A DNA stretch of 59,996 bases from a virus (Duplodnaviria > Caudoviricetes): the IMG/VR virus record IMGVR_UViG_3300020042_007026, positions 1-59,996 of that record. One strand, given 5' to 3'. The translations under genes and the position numbers were made by a program. The notes beneath the pieces are model-generated. The model did no database searches and was not told the DNA's origin. It saw only the letters and a program-made list of their open reading frames with translations. Below, in pieces: positions 13,627 to 23,750 of this stretch. The first letter of the stretch is position 1, and every line of letters starts with the position of its first letter.

Positions 13627-15569
13627 TGGATGGTCTGCGTAAATTCGCAGCATCAATCGGGGTCTTATTTGTAGCTTTACTGCCTTTACTATTTGCATCA
13701 CCAGCGTACGCCCAAACTTTAGAAGAGGCACAAGCCGCTCTTGTTGCAGGTAGACAAGAGGTAATTGATGCTACCCAGGCTAGAGAGACGGCAGATCAAA
13801 CAGTAGCTAGTGGTCTAATTGAGCTAAATACTGCCACTACAAACGCAGAGACTGCTCAAACTAACTATGATACCACTTTAATTCCAGACCCTACTTGGAC
13901 AGCACCGACTTATCAAAAAGAGCATGTACGTACAGTTACAAACACTAGACAAGTAGAAGTACGAACTCTTGTTCCACGCACCGAGACAGTTTTCCAAGAG
14001 CAGGTACTTCCAAACTTATTATTTAACTCAGACTTCTCTCAGGGGAACGCAGGTTGGGGCGGGCTTTCAATTGGTTGGCAAAACTCTCAGCCAGGCTATT
14101 TTAATGGAAACGTTGCCTTCTCCTATCAGAACCAAACCGTTAGCCAAGGTCTATTCTCTGGACCTTTCCAGAACGCAACGTTAACCCTATCTGCCGACTG
14201 GTTTAATGACGACTCAAACAGAAATATCACTGACTCGTACTCAATGAAAGTTATAGCAAAAGACATTAACCAAAACCCGGTTGGAACTGCCACATATACA
14301 TCTACCGGAAGACATGACTGGGAGAGCAAGTCAGTAATCCTCGAAGCTACAGGACCGGTCTCCTATATTACTGTTGAGTTTTCTGGGATAGATAATGGAT
14401 TCTGGGCAGGTAACTATGGTCCTCGTATGAAAAACCCAACACTTAGCATCTCCCACGGTCAGATGGTAACTCAGACAACTTACGAAGAAGTCATCACTTA
14501 TGAAGAAGAGGTCTACTACACCTACGAGACCTACTACACCACAGAGCTAGTGACTACTGAGGGAACTCTTGATGTAAAGATCACCGAAGGCGGTCAGGCA
14601 ACTTTTAACGCACCAGAAGGTTCAGTTTTTGTTTCTAGCAACTTAAGATACGAAGCTATTGATCGCCCCGAGTGTGGTGTCAACATTCGACCAAACCTAC
14701 AAGGCAACCAGGTAACTATTGAGGCAGATAACGCAGTTTGGGGTGACCCTTGTGGTGGCTGGTACAAGCACGTGATTGGAACTCTTATCTACGAAGGGCA
14801 ACCAACTGCTCCCCTAGTAAAAGACGAAGCATTATTAGCTATTCTGGTTAATAAGGTCTCTGTAAAAAATATTGCACAAGAAAAATACAACGAAGCAGTA
14901 GCCCTACAGGCAGTAGCCGTTACTAGAGAATTAGCAGCAAATAATGCAATCCCTATTTTAGAGCAGGCAATTATTGACGCTACCCCTATTGTAGTTCCTC
15001 CAGTAGAACCTGAGCCTGAGCCTCCGGTTGTAGAGCCAGAGCCAGAACCACAGCCAGAACCCGAACCGCAACCTGAACCTGAACCACAACCTGAGCCTGA
15101 GCCTCAGCCAGAACCTGAACAAGGGTCAAAAGAAATTCCTGTTGAACTGTCTTCTAAAAACCTCATGGAAGTAAACCTAGCCGCAGTAGACCCTACTGAA
15201 CTTACTGAGGCTCAAGCAGAACAGCTTGTTGCAGCCGCTATTGAAACATTTGAGACTGCTGAAGCAGGAAGCCCAGAGTATGAACAAGCTTTGGATGCCT
15301 TGTTTCTTGCGGCTCAAGAAGACGACATTGTTGTAGACGAAGCATTAGCCGCTGTTCCTTTGATTGGAAATCTTGCTGTTGGGCTTACTGATGCCATTAA
15401 CTTTGCAGGTAACATTGGTGCGGATATGTCGCCTAAAGTACGTGAATTAGCGGAAAAACAAGTACTCGTGTCTGTAGTTGCTGTTGGTGCAGCAGTACAG
15501 GCAGCCGCAGGAGCAGCCACTAGTGCAGCAGCCGCTGCTTCTAGTTCAACATCTAGTAGAAAGAACTAA
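13626..15569 (+). CDS. large exported/membrane-anchored protein with carbohydrate-binding-like domain and Pro-Glu linker
   Basis: Signal peptide (ASPAYA), NLLFNSDFSQG..W beta-sandwich motif, (EPEPQP)n, C-terminal hydrophobic Ala-rich helix. Confidence 0.7.
   Translation: MDGLRKFAASIGVLFVALLPLLFASPAYAQTLEEAQAALVAGRQEVIDATQARETADQTVASGLIELNTATTNAETAQTNYDTTLIPDPTWTAPTYQKEHVRTVTNTRQVEVRTLVPRTETVFQEQVLPNLLFNSDFSQGNAGWGGLSIGWQNSQPGYFNGNVAFSYQNQTVSQGLFSGPFQNATLTLSADWFNDDSNRNITDSYSMKVIAKDINQNPVGTATYTSTGRHDWESKSVILEATGPVSYITVEFSGIDNGFWAGNYGPRMKNPTLSISHGQMVTQTTYEEVITYEEEVYYTYETYYTTELVTTEGTLDVKITEGGQATFNAPEGSVFVSSNLRYEAIDRPECGVNIRPNLQGNQVTIEADNAVWGDPCGGWYKHVIGTLIYEGQPTAPLVKDEALLAILVNKVSVKNIAQEKYNEAVALQAVAVTRELAANNAIPILEQAIIDATPIVVPPVEPEPEPPVVEPEPEPQPEPEPQPEPEPQPEPEPQPEPEQGSKEIPVELSSKNLMEVNLAAVDPTELTEAQAEQLVAAAIETFETAEAGSPEYEQALDALFLAAQEDDIVVDEALAAVPLIGNLAVGLTDAINFAGNIGADMSPKVRELAEKQVLVSVVAVGAAVQAAAGAATSAAAAASSSTSSRKN
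15000..15119 (+). repeat. coding Pro-Glu/Gln tandem repeat (EPEPQP)n
   Basis: Degenerate 18-nt units inside 13626..15569. Confidence 0.85.
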
Positions 15570-15570
15570 C

Positions 15571-15738
15571 ATGAAGAAATTCTTCAATGACATCGTAGGT
15601 CAAATTTGGACCCTACTTGGTATGTTTGTTGCTTGGATTGTTCTGGAAGGTACTGCCAAGGAGGTAGTCGGTTGGGGTATTGTTATCTCTTCCGTTATCT
15701 GGTTGATTACTTTTCCACTGCGAAAAGACGACGAGTAG
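15571..15738 (+). CDS. small two-TM membrane protein (holin-like)
   Basis: MKKFFNDIVGQIWTLLGMFVAWIVLEG...; ATG at 15571. Confidence 0.65.
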   Translation: MKKFFNDIVGQIWTLLGMFVAWIVLEGTAKEVVGWGIVISSVIWLITFPLRKDDE

Positions 15739-15774
15739 TAGATAATAGACGTATATACCTGAAAGGACATACAT

Positions 15775-16272
15775 ATGTCAGAAAAAGTTGCAGTTTACGT
15801 AGAACCATTTCCTAAAGCAAAACGTGGAGATGGATTTAAGAACTTTGCCTCTTACCGCACAAACCCACACCGTGGCGTTGACTGGTCAGTTGCTGGGGGA
15901 CTTAAGATCAAGGCTATTACAGGTGGAACAGTTATGGAAGTTGGCGAAACTAAGATCTTGGGTAACTATCTAATCCAGTCCACTTATGATGGTCACTTTA
16001 TTCTTTACGCACACTTCCAAGTTCCAACAACTCTAAAGCAGGGTGACAAGGTTGAAGCTGGAAAGACTGTAGTCGGTCTAGTTGGAACAACCGGAACCGC
16101 AAGTACTGGAAACCACCTACACGTTACTTACGGCGTTAAGAAGAACCTTATCACTGCTGGTATAGAAGACCTTCGTGACTTGTTTGCAGTACTTGATGCA
16201 GCACCTAAAAAGTCTGTTGTAGCAAAGGTCGCAACAGCAGTTAAGAAAGTTGTGCCTACTAAAAAGGCATAA
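15775..16272 (+). CDS. M23 peptidase endolysin
   Basis: HRGVDW, LYAH, GTTGTASTGNHLH motifs; basic C-terminal tail. Confidence 0.85.
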   Translation: MSEKVAVYVEPFPKAKRGDGFKNFASYRTNPHRGVDWSVAGGLKIKAITGGTVMEVGETKILGNYLIQSTYDGHFILYAHFQVPTTLKQGDKVEAGKTVVGLVGTTGTASTGNHLHVTYGVKKNLITAGIEDLRDLFAVLDAAPKKSVVAKVATAVKKVVPTKKA

Positions 16273-16286
16273 TTAAAAAACATACA

Positions 16287-16481
16287 ATGATTCCTAGAAA
16301 GCCCCTGACCATAAACAATGGTGCTGCACTTAAGCGCACTAAAATGTTTAGACAGTCAGGGGCTCTTCAATCACCAAGAAATCAAAAACAAGAAACCTCT
16401 ATTTTTGTACACGCGCGTACGGGTAGACAAAACTCAGAAGGTTTTGGTGGAGGAAAAGTAGTAGGGAAACGGTTGAGTTAA
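16287..16481 (+). CDS. small basic hypothetical protein
   Basis: ORF fills the gap. Confidence 0.5.
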   Translation: MIPRKPLTINNGAALKRTKMFRQSGALQSPRNQKQETSIFVHARTGRQNSEGFGGGKVVGKRLS

Positions 16482-16482
16482 T

Positions 16483-16824
16483 ATGGATCAAATGATACTA
16501 TATTGGGCTGCTGGAATTATTACAGTAGGTTCAGCTTTAGGTATGCTGCTGATGGTCCTAAAACGCTTTCACAAGCGCGTACAGGGCTTTATGGATACAT
16601 GGGATCAATTTCATAGAGACTGGGATGGAGAGCCTGCTATGCCCGGTAGAAGCGCTGTTCCAGGTGTTATGGAGCGACTCAATAGAATTGATGGAGAACT
16701 AAAGCGTAATGGCGGTTCTTCTATGAAAGATGCAATTAATAGAGTTGAAAAGAAACTTGAACAAATTGATGGTAGACTGGATGAAGGCAATAAACGGTTT
16801 GACGAAATCGAGATGAGATTATAA
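16483..16824 (+). CDS. membrane protein with coiled coil (lysis-cassette associated)
   Basis: N-terminal TM; DWDGEP..PG..VPGVMERL...NGGSSMKDAINR. Confidence 0.65.
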   Translation: MDQMILYWAAGIITVGSALGMLLMVLKRFHKRVQGFMDTWDQFHRDWDGEPAMPGRSAVPGVMERLNRIDGELKRNGGSSMKDAINRVEKKLEQIDGRLDEGNKRFDEIEMRL

Positions 16825-17339
16825 TGGCTAGAAATTCTAGAAATAGACATGATGTAACTACACTCCCAGGTACCAATAACCCTATTGGTAACGCAGGTAG
16901 CTTTTCACTTGCTGGCGGTACTGGTGCAGCAGGAGAGCTTTTAAAAGGCATAGGTTCTAGACTACAGGCAAGAGCAATGGCTAGTAGTCAGGCTAGAGCA
17001 ATGCTAGAAGCTACTAAGATTACTGCTGCTGCTGGATTAGCTCAAAGAGAGATGGAGCTACAAGCTGAAGCTGAAGCTCAGCAAAGAGAGCACGAAGTAG
17101 TTATCAAGACTACTCGTATGAATAACACTCATGCAATTCGAAAAACTAGGGTTGAAGCAGAGCAAGCTCGTCTAAACCAGCTACAGTCTACAGTTCACAC
17201 ACATGAGATGCTAGATAGAATGAGAGACGATTTCCCTGATTCTGATCTAAACTTTGAGACAGAGCGTGGTCAAAGCATAAGGATTACCCGCCCGAAGGGG
17301 GCGTCCTCTGAAGATTCAGAGGGTGGGAGGCTCCTCTAG
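16824..17339 (+). CDS. hypothetical coiled-coil protein
   Basis: Coupled ORF. Confidence 0.65.
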   Translation: MARNSRNRHDVTTLPGTNNPIGNAGSFSLAGGTGAAGELLKGIGSRLQARAMASSQARAMLEATKITAAAGLAQREMELQAEAEAQQREHEVVIKTTRMNNTHAIRKTRVEAEQARLNQLQSTVHTHEMLDRMRDDFPDSDLNFETERGQSIRITRPKGASSEDSEGGRLL

Positions 17340-18201
17340 ACGAAGAACTGGTGCATTTAGCCAAGGCTCAGCTAGCGGTAGAGGCACACCTGTAAACCCT
17401 AACCAGGTCCCTGGTGCAGCATCTGTCCCTCTAATTACTCCTCATTTTGAAGAAGCACAAGCACAAGTAAACACAGAGTCTGTAAATGAGTCTGGTATTC
17501 CTCAATCAACTACAGAGGGTAATGCTACTTCTGCTGCACCAGCTACTCCTATTAGAGATCCTAAACATGGGTTCTATAAAGAAAATGGCGAATTTGAAAC
17601 AGATCCTGCAAAAATTGCTTCTGCTTTCGTAATGAGACCTGCTACCACTAGATCTACTGGTCAACCTTTTGGTGCAAGACACCCTGAGTACATACACCCA
17701 GAATCTGGAGTTAGCACAGAAAATATTTCTAGGCTTAATGAAACTAGAGCTACTCCTACTTTATCTCCAGGAATTAGAGTTAGGTTTGATGGACCTGATC
17801 CAGGAAGATTTAAGCTAAGCGATTTTGTACCTGGTCAATGGGTTAAAAAACAGGGTGAAATTACACCGTCTGGAATGGGCTGGGATGGTTCAGAAAAGGG
17901 CAGAGCTAAGCATGAAGCAGGATTGTTAGACAAACTTGTTATGCCGGCTGCTCTTAAAATTGCTGCAATTCATTTACAACTAAACACTGAAAAAAGAGGT
18001 AAGGCTACAGGAGTTGTTGCAGTAGCTGATAAAAATGAAACAAACACTCCTCAATGTTCTTTCTGTGGCACAGTAGGTGAAGCAGACAATAAGCAAGGAT
18101 TCGTTGCTGAACACGCCATCACAAAAAATGGATGGTGTAAAGCCGCAGTAATGGCACACAATGCGATGCACCCACTAAAAGGTAACCTAGAGGAACTTTA
18201 A
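17323..18201 (+). CDS. hypothetical protein
   Basis: 292-aa ORF; C-terminal CSFC...WC...H..H. Confidence 0.65.
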   Translation: MGGSSRRRTGAFSQGSASGRGTPVNPNQVPGAASVPLITPHFEEAQAQVNTESVNESGIPQSTTEGNATSAAPATPIRDPKHGFYKENGEFETDPAKIASAFVMRPATTRSTGQPFGARHPEYIHPESGVSTENISRLNETRATPTLSPGIRVRFDGPDPGRFKLSDFVPGQWVKKQGEITPSGMGWDGSEKGRAKHEAGLLDKLVMPAALKIAAIHLQLNTEKRGKATGVVAVADKNETNTPQCSFCGTVGEADNKQGFVAEHAITKNGWCKAAVMAHNAMHPLKGNLEEL

Positions 18202-18202
18202 A

Positions 18203-21190
18203 ATGTTGGATAAAATTACGCTTATGGCGTTAGGAATTAACCCTAATACAGATCCTAATAACCCAAATACTTGGTCTGATGAACTGAAGATTAATCATAA
18301 ACGAGTTCTTGACTCATTAGGACCTGATTCTGATAAAGTTCAAGTAAGACCTCAAGGTGATGTATCAGGGCAGTCTGGTTCCTTTGTGCCTGCCTCGTTA
18401 GGTGCTGAGATGTATGGAGAAGATCCTGAGCCAGGAGTTCTTAATGCTGAAAGCCTTTCTCAGGGAGCCACCTCTACAGGTGAGTCAACTAGTGACGTTG
18501 ACACGTCAGATCTTCAAGACTTAGACACTGCTCCAAAAGGTGTTAGTAAAGCTGAATGGAGTAAGCTTAGCCCTAACGTAAAAGAGGCAGTTCAAGAGTA
18601 CATACAAGCGCATCGGGAATACGTTTCAAAGTATTCTAGAAATGGGAAACTTCCATCAGAGGATTTTTTAGCAAAAGATTACCGTAAACCCAACAACACA
18701 GAGGCATCGGCGGAGTGGAATAACCTGGGTGGGTTGATTGAATCATTAAGCGAAGAATTAGGAACATCTGCATTTTTAAATGGAGAACGGGCTACTTACG
18801 CAAAAAATCAAATAGACCATAAAAGTTCTTCTTCCTACGACATAGGTCAACATGCAGACGCTGTTGGTTCAGCAAAATTATTTCAACTTCTTGGGCAAGC
18901 TTATCCTTTAGGTTTTGGAAAGCAGTTTGAAGACCCAACTCGTTTTACAGCTCCTTTAAGAAAAGCAACTAAAAAAGAGCTAGAAGATCTTTCAAAAAAC
19001 ACACGGTTTGACCCTAGTGACTGGCAAGATGAGCCACAGACTCCATCTACTTCTAGGTCAGCACCTGCTGATGACGAGGATGAGTATTCAGATGACGATG
19101 ATGATTACTCATATGACGATGGTGAAGACTACTCAGACGAAGAAGATGAAGAAGAAACTGGACCAAGTGAAGGTTTTGATGGAAGTAGCATAGGTGGTTT
19201 ACAGCCTCACACTCAAGCACTTTATGCGCTAAATGAGGAGCTAAACACACACAATGCCAGATCTTCAGGTTATGCGGCTGTAAAAGCAGCTCTCAATAGA
19301 GTTCAAGCTGGACCTCACCAAAATACTGATGAGGGTGAGCGTGCAAGAATTCACCAAATACTTGAGGAAGAGAAATCTACGCATAAAAAGAACAGTATTA
19401 TGCATGTTGCGTTGAATAAAGTACAGACTAACCTTAACTTTGGTTCATCTGCAGAACCTACAATAGAAGAGCAAAACCAGGCACAAACTGAGTCTGGAAG
19501 TAACGTATCTGCTCAGATGACTGAAGCTGGGGTTGCACCTGGTCAAACTCCTCAAAGACTGGTTACTACTACTGACCAAAATGGTCACCCTAACATTTTA
19601 TACACTGCTCCTAATGGTGCTACTAGTGAGCAAAGAGCTGTTCATGGTCCAAATAAAGAGCATGTTGGGCATGTCACTATTTGGAAAGATTCCCAGGGCA
19701 ACGTTAAAGGAATCATGGGACCTTACGATTTTAACGGGGTTCCGGGAGAATCTCCTCTTGAAGATATGCGTGGTATGGCGGAACTTCAATCACAAAATCT
19801 TGATAAGAGCATACAAAAGACCCCTACTCTTTATGACGGAACTGTCTTTAAGTCATCAGGTCCAAAATTAACAGATCCTTCAAATGATTCTCTCTACAGT
19901 AGACTTGTCAAACCAGAGTTTGACGAAAATGAAGAAGAAGAAAATGAAGAGCCAGCACAACAATCAGCTGTAGAACCAGAGACATCTTCTTACTCAGGAC
20001 CTGGATCAGTAGAATACGCTAATAAAGAAGATGCTCCTGCTTCTGGTGGAGTAATGCCTGATGGGTCAGCTCCTACATGGAAAGATGTGCACGTTGCAAT
20101 TACAAATGGAACCAAGAGGACATCATCGCCTGGGGCTAAACGTTACATTAAAAAAGTAGCTCCTGATCTTGGCGGTCACGTACTTGACATATCTGATACA
20201 TTCTACGCTGTTCAAAGTCACCCAGATTTTACACCTGAAGCTAAAGAATCTGCTATTAATGAAATAAAGTCAGGTGCTCAACCTATTTACGACTGGATAA
20301 AAGGAAAAGCAGAGTCTACTCCAGATGAAGTAGCTACAGGTCTTCCTAGAAGTTTACGTCAAGACCAAATGGTAAGTGACTACCAAGGCATCATAGCTCG
20401 TAAAAATACCAAAGTTGATGAGTCAACTGGTTTGAGTAAAGAAGCAAAAGATGTCTACGCTGAATCAGCTACATTTGCTGAACGAGCTAAAGAAGAAGGA
20501 AAGCTTGGACCTGCAGATGTTATGTACGCAAATAGGACACGTAACAATGTTGACTCTAGGGGTAAAAGCTACGGAACTTCTAGATCTGGGATGACTTCTG
20601 AGCAGTACGAAGATTGGGCTGCTCAAAAGAAGTCTGAGGGATGGACAGACTGGAAGGCTGAAAAGCCAATGTCTTCAGAAGATCTTGCAGCTCAAAAGAA
20701 GGCAGCTTCTGCATCTAGAACAAAGTCAGTTAAGATACCACAAGCAGGTTCCTCATACTCATCTACACTTCCTAAAGAAGAACGATTTGATAGTGATCTA
20801 CGACCAACAAACGTTGATAAAGACCACTGGACTGCATTGAAGACTTACCATCCACAAGCTGCGGCTTTTGTGTCTATGTACGCTCATAAGTGGCATAACC
20901 TAGTTGACTCTGGCACTATAGCACCTGAAGGTAATGCTTCTACTGGAGAAACACCTAGATACACTGTGGACCAATTAAAGTCGGATAAGCAAGCTGTTCT
21001 AAATATGTTTAGCCCAAGAATGGCTGGCGTTATACACAACGGTGCTAATACTGATAAGCTCTATAAAATGGCTCCTTTGTTAAGCAAGACAAAGCTATAT
21101 CAAGATCGCCCATTTGGTTTAATAGACACAGACCATGATGCTGCTGATAGAATTAACCACATTCTTCGAGCCTACCCAATGCCAGAATAA
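18203..21190 (+). CDS. large acidic low-complexity protein (995 aa)
   Basis: GAGGA SD; D/E tracts; no recognisable domain. Confidence 0.75.
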   Translation: MLDKITLMALGINPNTDPNNPNTWSDELKINHKRVLDSLGPDSDKVQVRPQGDVSGQSGSFVPASLGAEMYGEDPEPGVLNAESLSQGATSTGESTSDVDTSDLQDLDTAPKGVSKAEWSKLSPNVKEAVQEYIQAHREYVSKYSRNGKLPSEDFLAKDYRKPNNTEASAEWNNLGGLIESLSEELGTSAFLNGERATYAKNQIDHKSSSSYDIGQHADAVGSAKLFQLLGQAYPLGFGKQFEDPTRFTAPLRKATKKELEDLSKNTRFDPSDWQDEPQTPSTSRSAPADDEDEYSDDDDDYSYDDGEDYSDEEDEEETGPSEGFDGSSIGGLQPHTQALYALNEELNTHNARSSGYAAVKAALNRVQAGPHQNTDEGERARIHQILEEEKSTHKKNSIMHVALNKVQTNLNFGSSAEPTIEEQNQAQTESGSNVSAQMTEAGVAPGQTPQRLVTTTDQNGHPNILYTAPNGATSEQRAVHGPNKEHVGHVTIWKDSQGNVKGIMGPYDFNGVPGESPLEDMRGMAELQSQNLDKSIQKTPTLYDGTVFKSSGPKLTDPSNDSLYSRLVKPEFDENEEEENEEPAQQSAVEPETSSYSGPGSVEYANKEDAPASGGVMPDGSAPTWKDVHVAITNGTKRTSSPGAKRYIKKVAPDLGGHVLDISDTFYAVQSHPDFTPEAKESAINEIKSGAQPIYDWIKGKAESTPDEVATGLPRSLRQDQMVSDYQGIIARKNTKVDESTGLSKEAKDVYAESATFAERAKEEGKLGPADVMYANRTRNNVDSRGKSYGTSRSGMTSEQYEDWAAQKKSEGWTDWKAEKPMSSEDLAAQKKAASASRTKSVKIPQAGSSYSSTLPKEERFDSDLRPTNVDKDHWTALKTYHPQAAAFVSMYAHKWHNLVDSGTIAPEGNASTGETPRYTVDQLKSDKQAVLNMFSPRMAGVIHNGANTDKLYKMAPLLSKTKLYQDRPFGLIDTDHDAADRINHILRAYPMPE

Positions 21191-21252
21191 AAGTACTTTT
21201 AGCAATATAAAGACTTTAAAATATGTAATCCTTGTATTATTAAGGAGTAATT

Positions 21253-21498
21253 ATGGCTACTTGCGCTAACTGTTCTAATGAAGCATTCTTTGTTTATCAG
21301 GTTACTGATTCATATGGAATTGACTTCTGTTCTGCTCACGTACCTAACTTTTTGCGCTCTGAAAAGTACAGCTCAAGCCTTATTACACTAGAACTACCTG
21401 TTATTGAAGAACCAGTTAAGACATCCAAAAAGAAGTCTACTGATCCGGTAGTTGAAGAAGCACCTGCATATCCAGAAGCAGAAGATGCCTCTAATTAG
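21253..21498 (+). CDS. small Zn-binding protein
   Basis: CANC...FCSAH; AAGGAG SD. Confidence 0.7.
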   Translation: MATCANCSNEAFFVYQVTDSYGIDFCSAHVPNFLRSEKYSSSLITLELPVIEEPVKTSKKKSTDPVVEEAPAYPEAEDASN

Positions 21499-21721
21499 AA
21501 AGTTTGCCATTCAGGGTCATCCCGTCCCTAATGGATATACAAGACCTCGTGGACCATTTCCACCCGAAGTCCTAGCGCAGGCTGGGGTGGTTCATGAAGA
21601 ATACGATACCGACTCTTTACACGAAGCACTAGATGACGTTCGCATGTTCCGATGTCGGGAATGTGAAGAGATACTCTACGAGGATGAACTTATCAATCAT
21701 GATTGCGAAAGCGAGATTTAA
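21485..21721 (+). CDS. small protein with C-terminal Zn finger
   Basis: FRCREC...NHDC; ATG at 21485. Confidence 0.65.
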   Translation: MPLIRKFAIQGHPVPNGYTRPRGPFPPEVLAQAGVVHEEYDTDSLHEALDDVRMFRCRECEEILYEDELINHDCESEI

Positions 21722-21723
21722 AA

Positions 21724-22374
21724 ATGGCAACAAATGAAAATGGAAATCTGCTGGATTCAGCAGGAAACGTAGCTGTAGACTTCGTGTGGGGAAACTTCCC
21801 ACTACAGCCAAACGACGTACGTGAAGAAAACGGTGGAGATCTTCTTGACCCAGATCTTGACAACCACGTCATTGCTTACGAAGGTTGGAATGGTTATCCA
21901 CTATTCAGCCGCCCAGGTCTAGCAGGTCTAGAGGGTGCTGGATATATTGTCGTTCCTAGCGTAATTGGTCAGACTACTGCTAACGCAACCGATATCCTTG
22001 AAGATGCTGGTCTTGTTGTTACTGTTGGAACCGCTGCTTCACAGACTGCAAAGACTGTCACCGCTATTAGCCGTACTGCTGGCGAAACTACCATCTCGGC
22101 AACTGCTTCAAGCCACGGCTTCCCAGTAGGTGCTACCGTCACTATCAGCAACACTGGTTCTTCAGCTGCTAACGGTACCTACACAATTCTAACTTCTGCT
22201 ACTAACTCCTTCACAGCATCAGGTACTGCTACAACTGTTCTAGCTCTAACCTCAATCACTGGTTCAGCTGTAGGTGCTACTGGAACTGTAAAGACCCAGT
22301 CAGTTGCCGCAGGTGCTAACGAGATTGAAGTAGGCGATGCAATTACTATCGTTGCTTACGCAGCTGCTAGCTAA
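21724..22374 (+). CDS. PASTA-like structural protein with inserted beta domain
   Basis: VVPSVIGQTTANATDILEDAGL...GTVKTQSVAAG is a split PASTA pattern; insert SHGFPVGATVTI..NGTYTI. Confidence 0.65.
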   Translation: MATNENGNLLDSAGNVAVDFVWGNFPLQPNDVREENGGDLLDPDLDNHVIAYEGWNGYPLFSRPGLAGLEGAGYIVVPSVIGQTTANATDILEDAGLVVTVGTAASQTAKTVTAISRTAGETTISATASSHGFPVGATVTISNTGSSAANGTYTILTSATNSFTASGTATTVLALTSITGSAVGATGTVKTQSVAAGANEIEVGDAITIVAYAAAS

Positions 22375-22392
22375 TAATTAAATAGTTTAAAA

Positions 22393-23268
22393 ATGGCAAG
22401 GTCCTGGGATCCGTCTAATCAACCTGATCAGCAAATTCGTTTAGAAGCTGCTCAGAGACTGGATCCTAGGGCTGAGCTATATCAGGTAGATCCTGATGTG
22501 GCTGTTGAGCTTCTTAGGCTCCAGCAAGGAACTGGAGGTGCGTACACCTCTATTGAAAGTCCATTTAAGGCTCTTCCTAATGCACCGTCTGTAGGTGAGT
22601 TTGCTAAGACTGGTCAATTTGCAGAAGCTAGATCTTTATTTTTTGACGATGCGGTTCGTGCATCACAACTTGGCTACGATATCACTACTGGTAGCTACTA
22701 TGTCACAAGCACTGCTTATGATCCTTCTACAAAGAGCAGGTATACACGAGGCGGTATTGAGTACGACAACTTAGCGTCTGATGCTAGAGACTACGAAACC
22801 GAAGCTGCTCCAATTACGGTTAAACCAACTTCAACTACTAACCCTTTAAAACCTAGAACAATTGCTGCTGGTTATAGAGCTGGAACTAGTGAAGACGGTA
22901 GTGCAGGAACTTTAACTGTAATTTTTAGAGATGGCAGTTACTATAACTACTACGATGTAGAGCCGTATTTATGGCAACAATTTAAGCAGGTAAAATCTAA
23001 GGGTAGATTTATACGTATGTATTTAGATCAAAAGCCTAGAGGATACGCTAGCGTTTCATACATTACTGCTATAGCTCAAAAAACAGAGTACTATGTCTCT
23101 CGTACTAACCAAGTTATTTCTAAGGGTAAACAAGGAATGACTCCTAAGAGACAACCTAACTTAGATAGAAGATTGCTACAAGCCGAGCGAGCAACAAGAA
23201 GAGCTGCTAGACTTGCTAGGGCAGCAGGAACAAATCCTGCACGAAACAGAGGAAAAAGGCGAGCTTAG
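22393..23268 (+). CDS. KTSC-domain protein
   Basis: AAGY...TLTVIFRDGSYYNYYDV...WQQFKQVKSKGRFI. Confidence 0.75.
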   Translation: MARSWDPSNQPDQQIRLEAAQRLDPRAELYQVDPDVAVELLRLQQGTGGAYTSIESPFKALPNAPSVGEFAKTGQFAEARSLFFDDAVRASQLGYDITTGSYYVTSTAYDPSTKSRYTRGGIEYDNLASDARDYETEAAPITVKPTSTTNPLKPRTIAAGYRAGTSEDGSAGTLTVIFRDGSYYNYYDVEPYLWQQFKQVKSKGRFIRMYLDQKPRGYASVSYITAIAQKTEYYVSRTNQVISKGKQGMTPKRQPNLDRRLLQAERATRRAARLARAAGTNPARNRGKRRA

Positions 23269-23272
23269 ATTA

Positions 23273-23590
23273 ATGCCAAAGACACACAATATCGGAAAAC
23301 AACACTTCGTACAATTGTTTAGACTACCAGTAAAATGGGGTGCTAAACTACTTGTAGTAGGTCATACACAGGAAATAGAATACCCATACAGAACTTCTAA
23401 ACCTGTTATGATTAGATTACCCTTTTACCGTGTTTTAGTTATCGGTAAATGGAGCGGACAACTAGAAGAAGAAACAGCGCTTTCAACTGCGCTAGAAATG
23501 CGAGTATTAACTGATGAAGATTTTCAAGAAGGATGGACCCCAGCAGCCTACGAAGCTGGAGAAGAGGGTAGCCTCCATATCAACTCCTGA
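23273..23590 (+). CDS. hypothetical protein
   Basis: Track 23213; ATG at 23273. Confidence 0.65.
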   Translation: MPKTHNIGKQHFVQLFRLPVKWGAKLLVVGHTQEIEYPYRTSKPVMIRLPFYRVLVIGKWSGQLEEETALSTALEMRVLTDEDFQEGWTPAAYEAGEEGSLHINS

Positions 23591-23750
23591 TCTTGTTATT
23601 TGGGCAGAAAATGCTCTATACATAATAGGAAAAGAAACTACTGGTTGGCTAAAAACCAAAGAGTCTGTTCTTTTAGATGAGGCAGAGTTAGGTGCAGAAG
23701 CACTTTTAGCGGTTATAAAAGAGCTAAAAAAGAGGGCAAATGAGTTTTGA
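23514..23750 (+). CDS. hypothetical protein upstream of terminase
   Basis: ORF overlapping the terL start. Confidence 0.6.
   Translation: MKIFKKDGPQQPTKLEKRVASISTPDLVIWAENALYIIGKETTGWLKTKESVLLDEAELGAEALLAVIKELKKRANEF

Noticed and set aside
15000-15119. Tandem repeats as a CRISPR array
   Set aside because: Degenerate in-frame codons for a Pro-Glu linker, without spacers; no CRISPR array was seen anywhere.
23273-23750. Calling either small ORF the terminase small subunit
   Set aside because: The position fits but no motif supports it.
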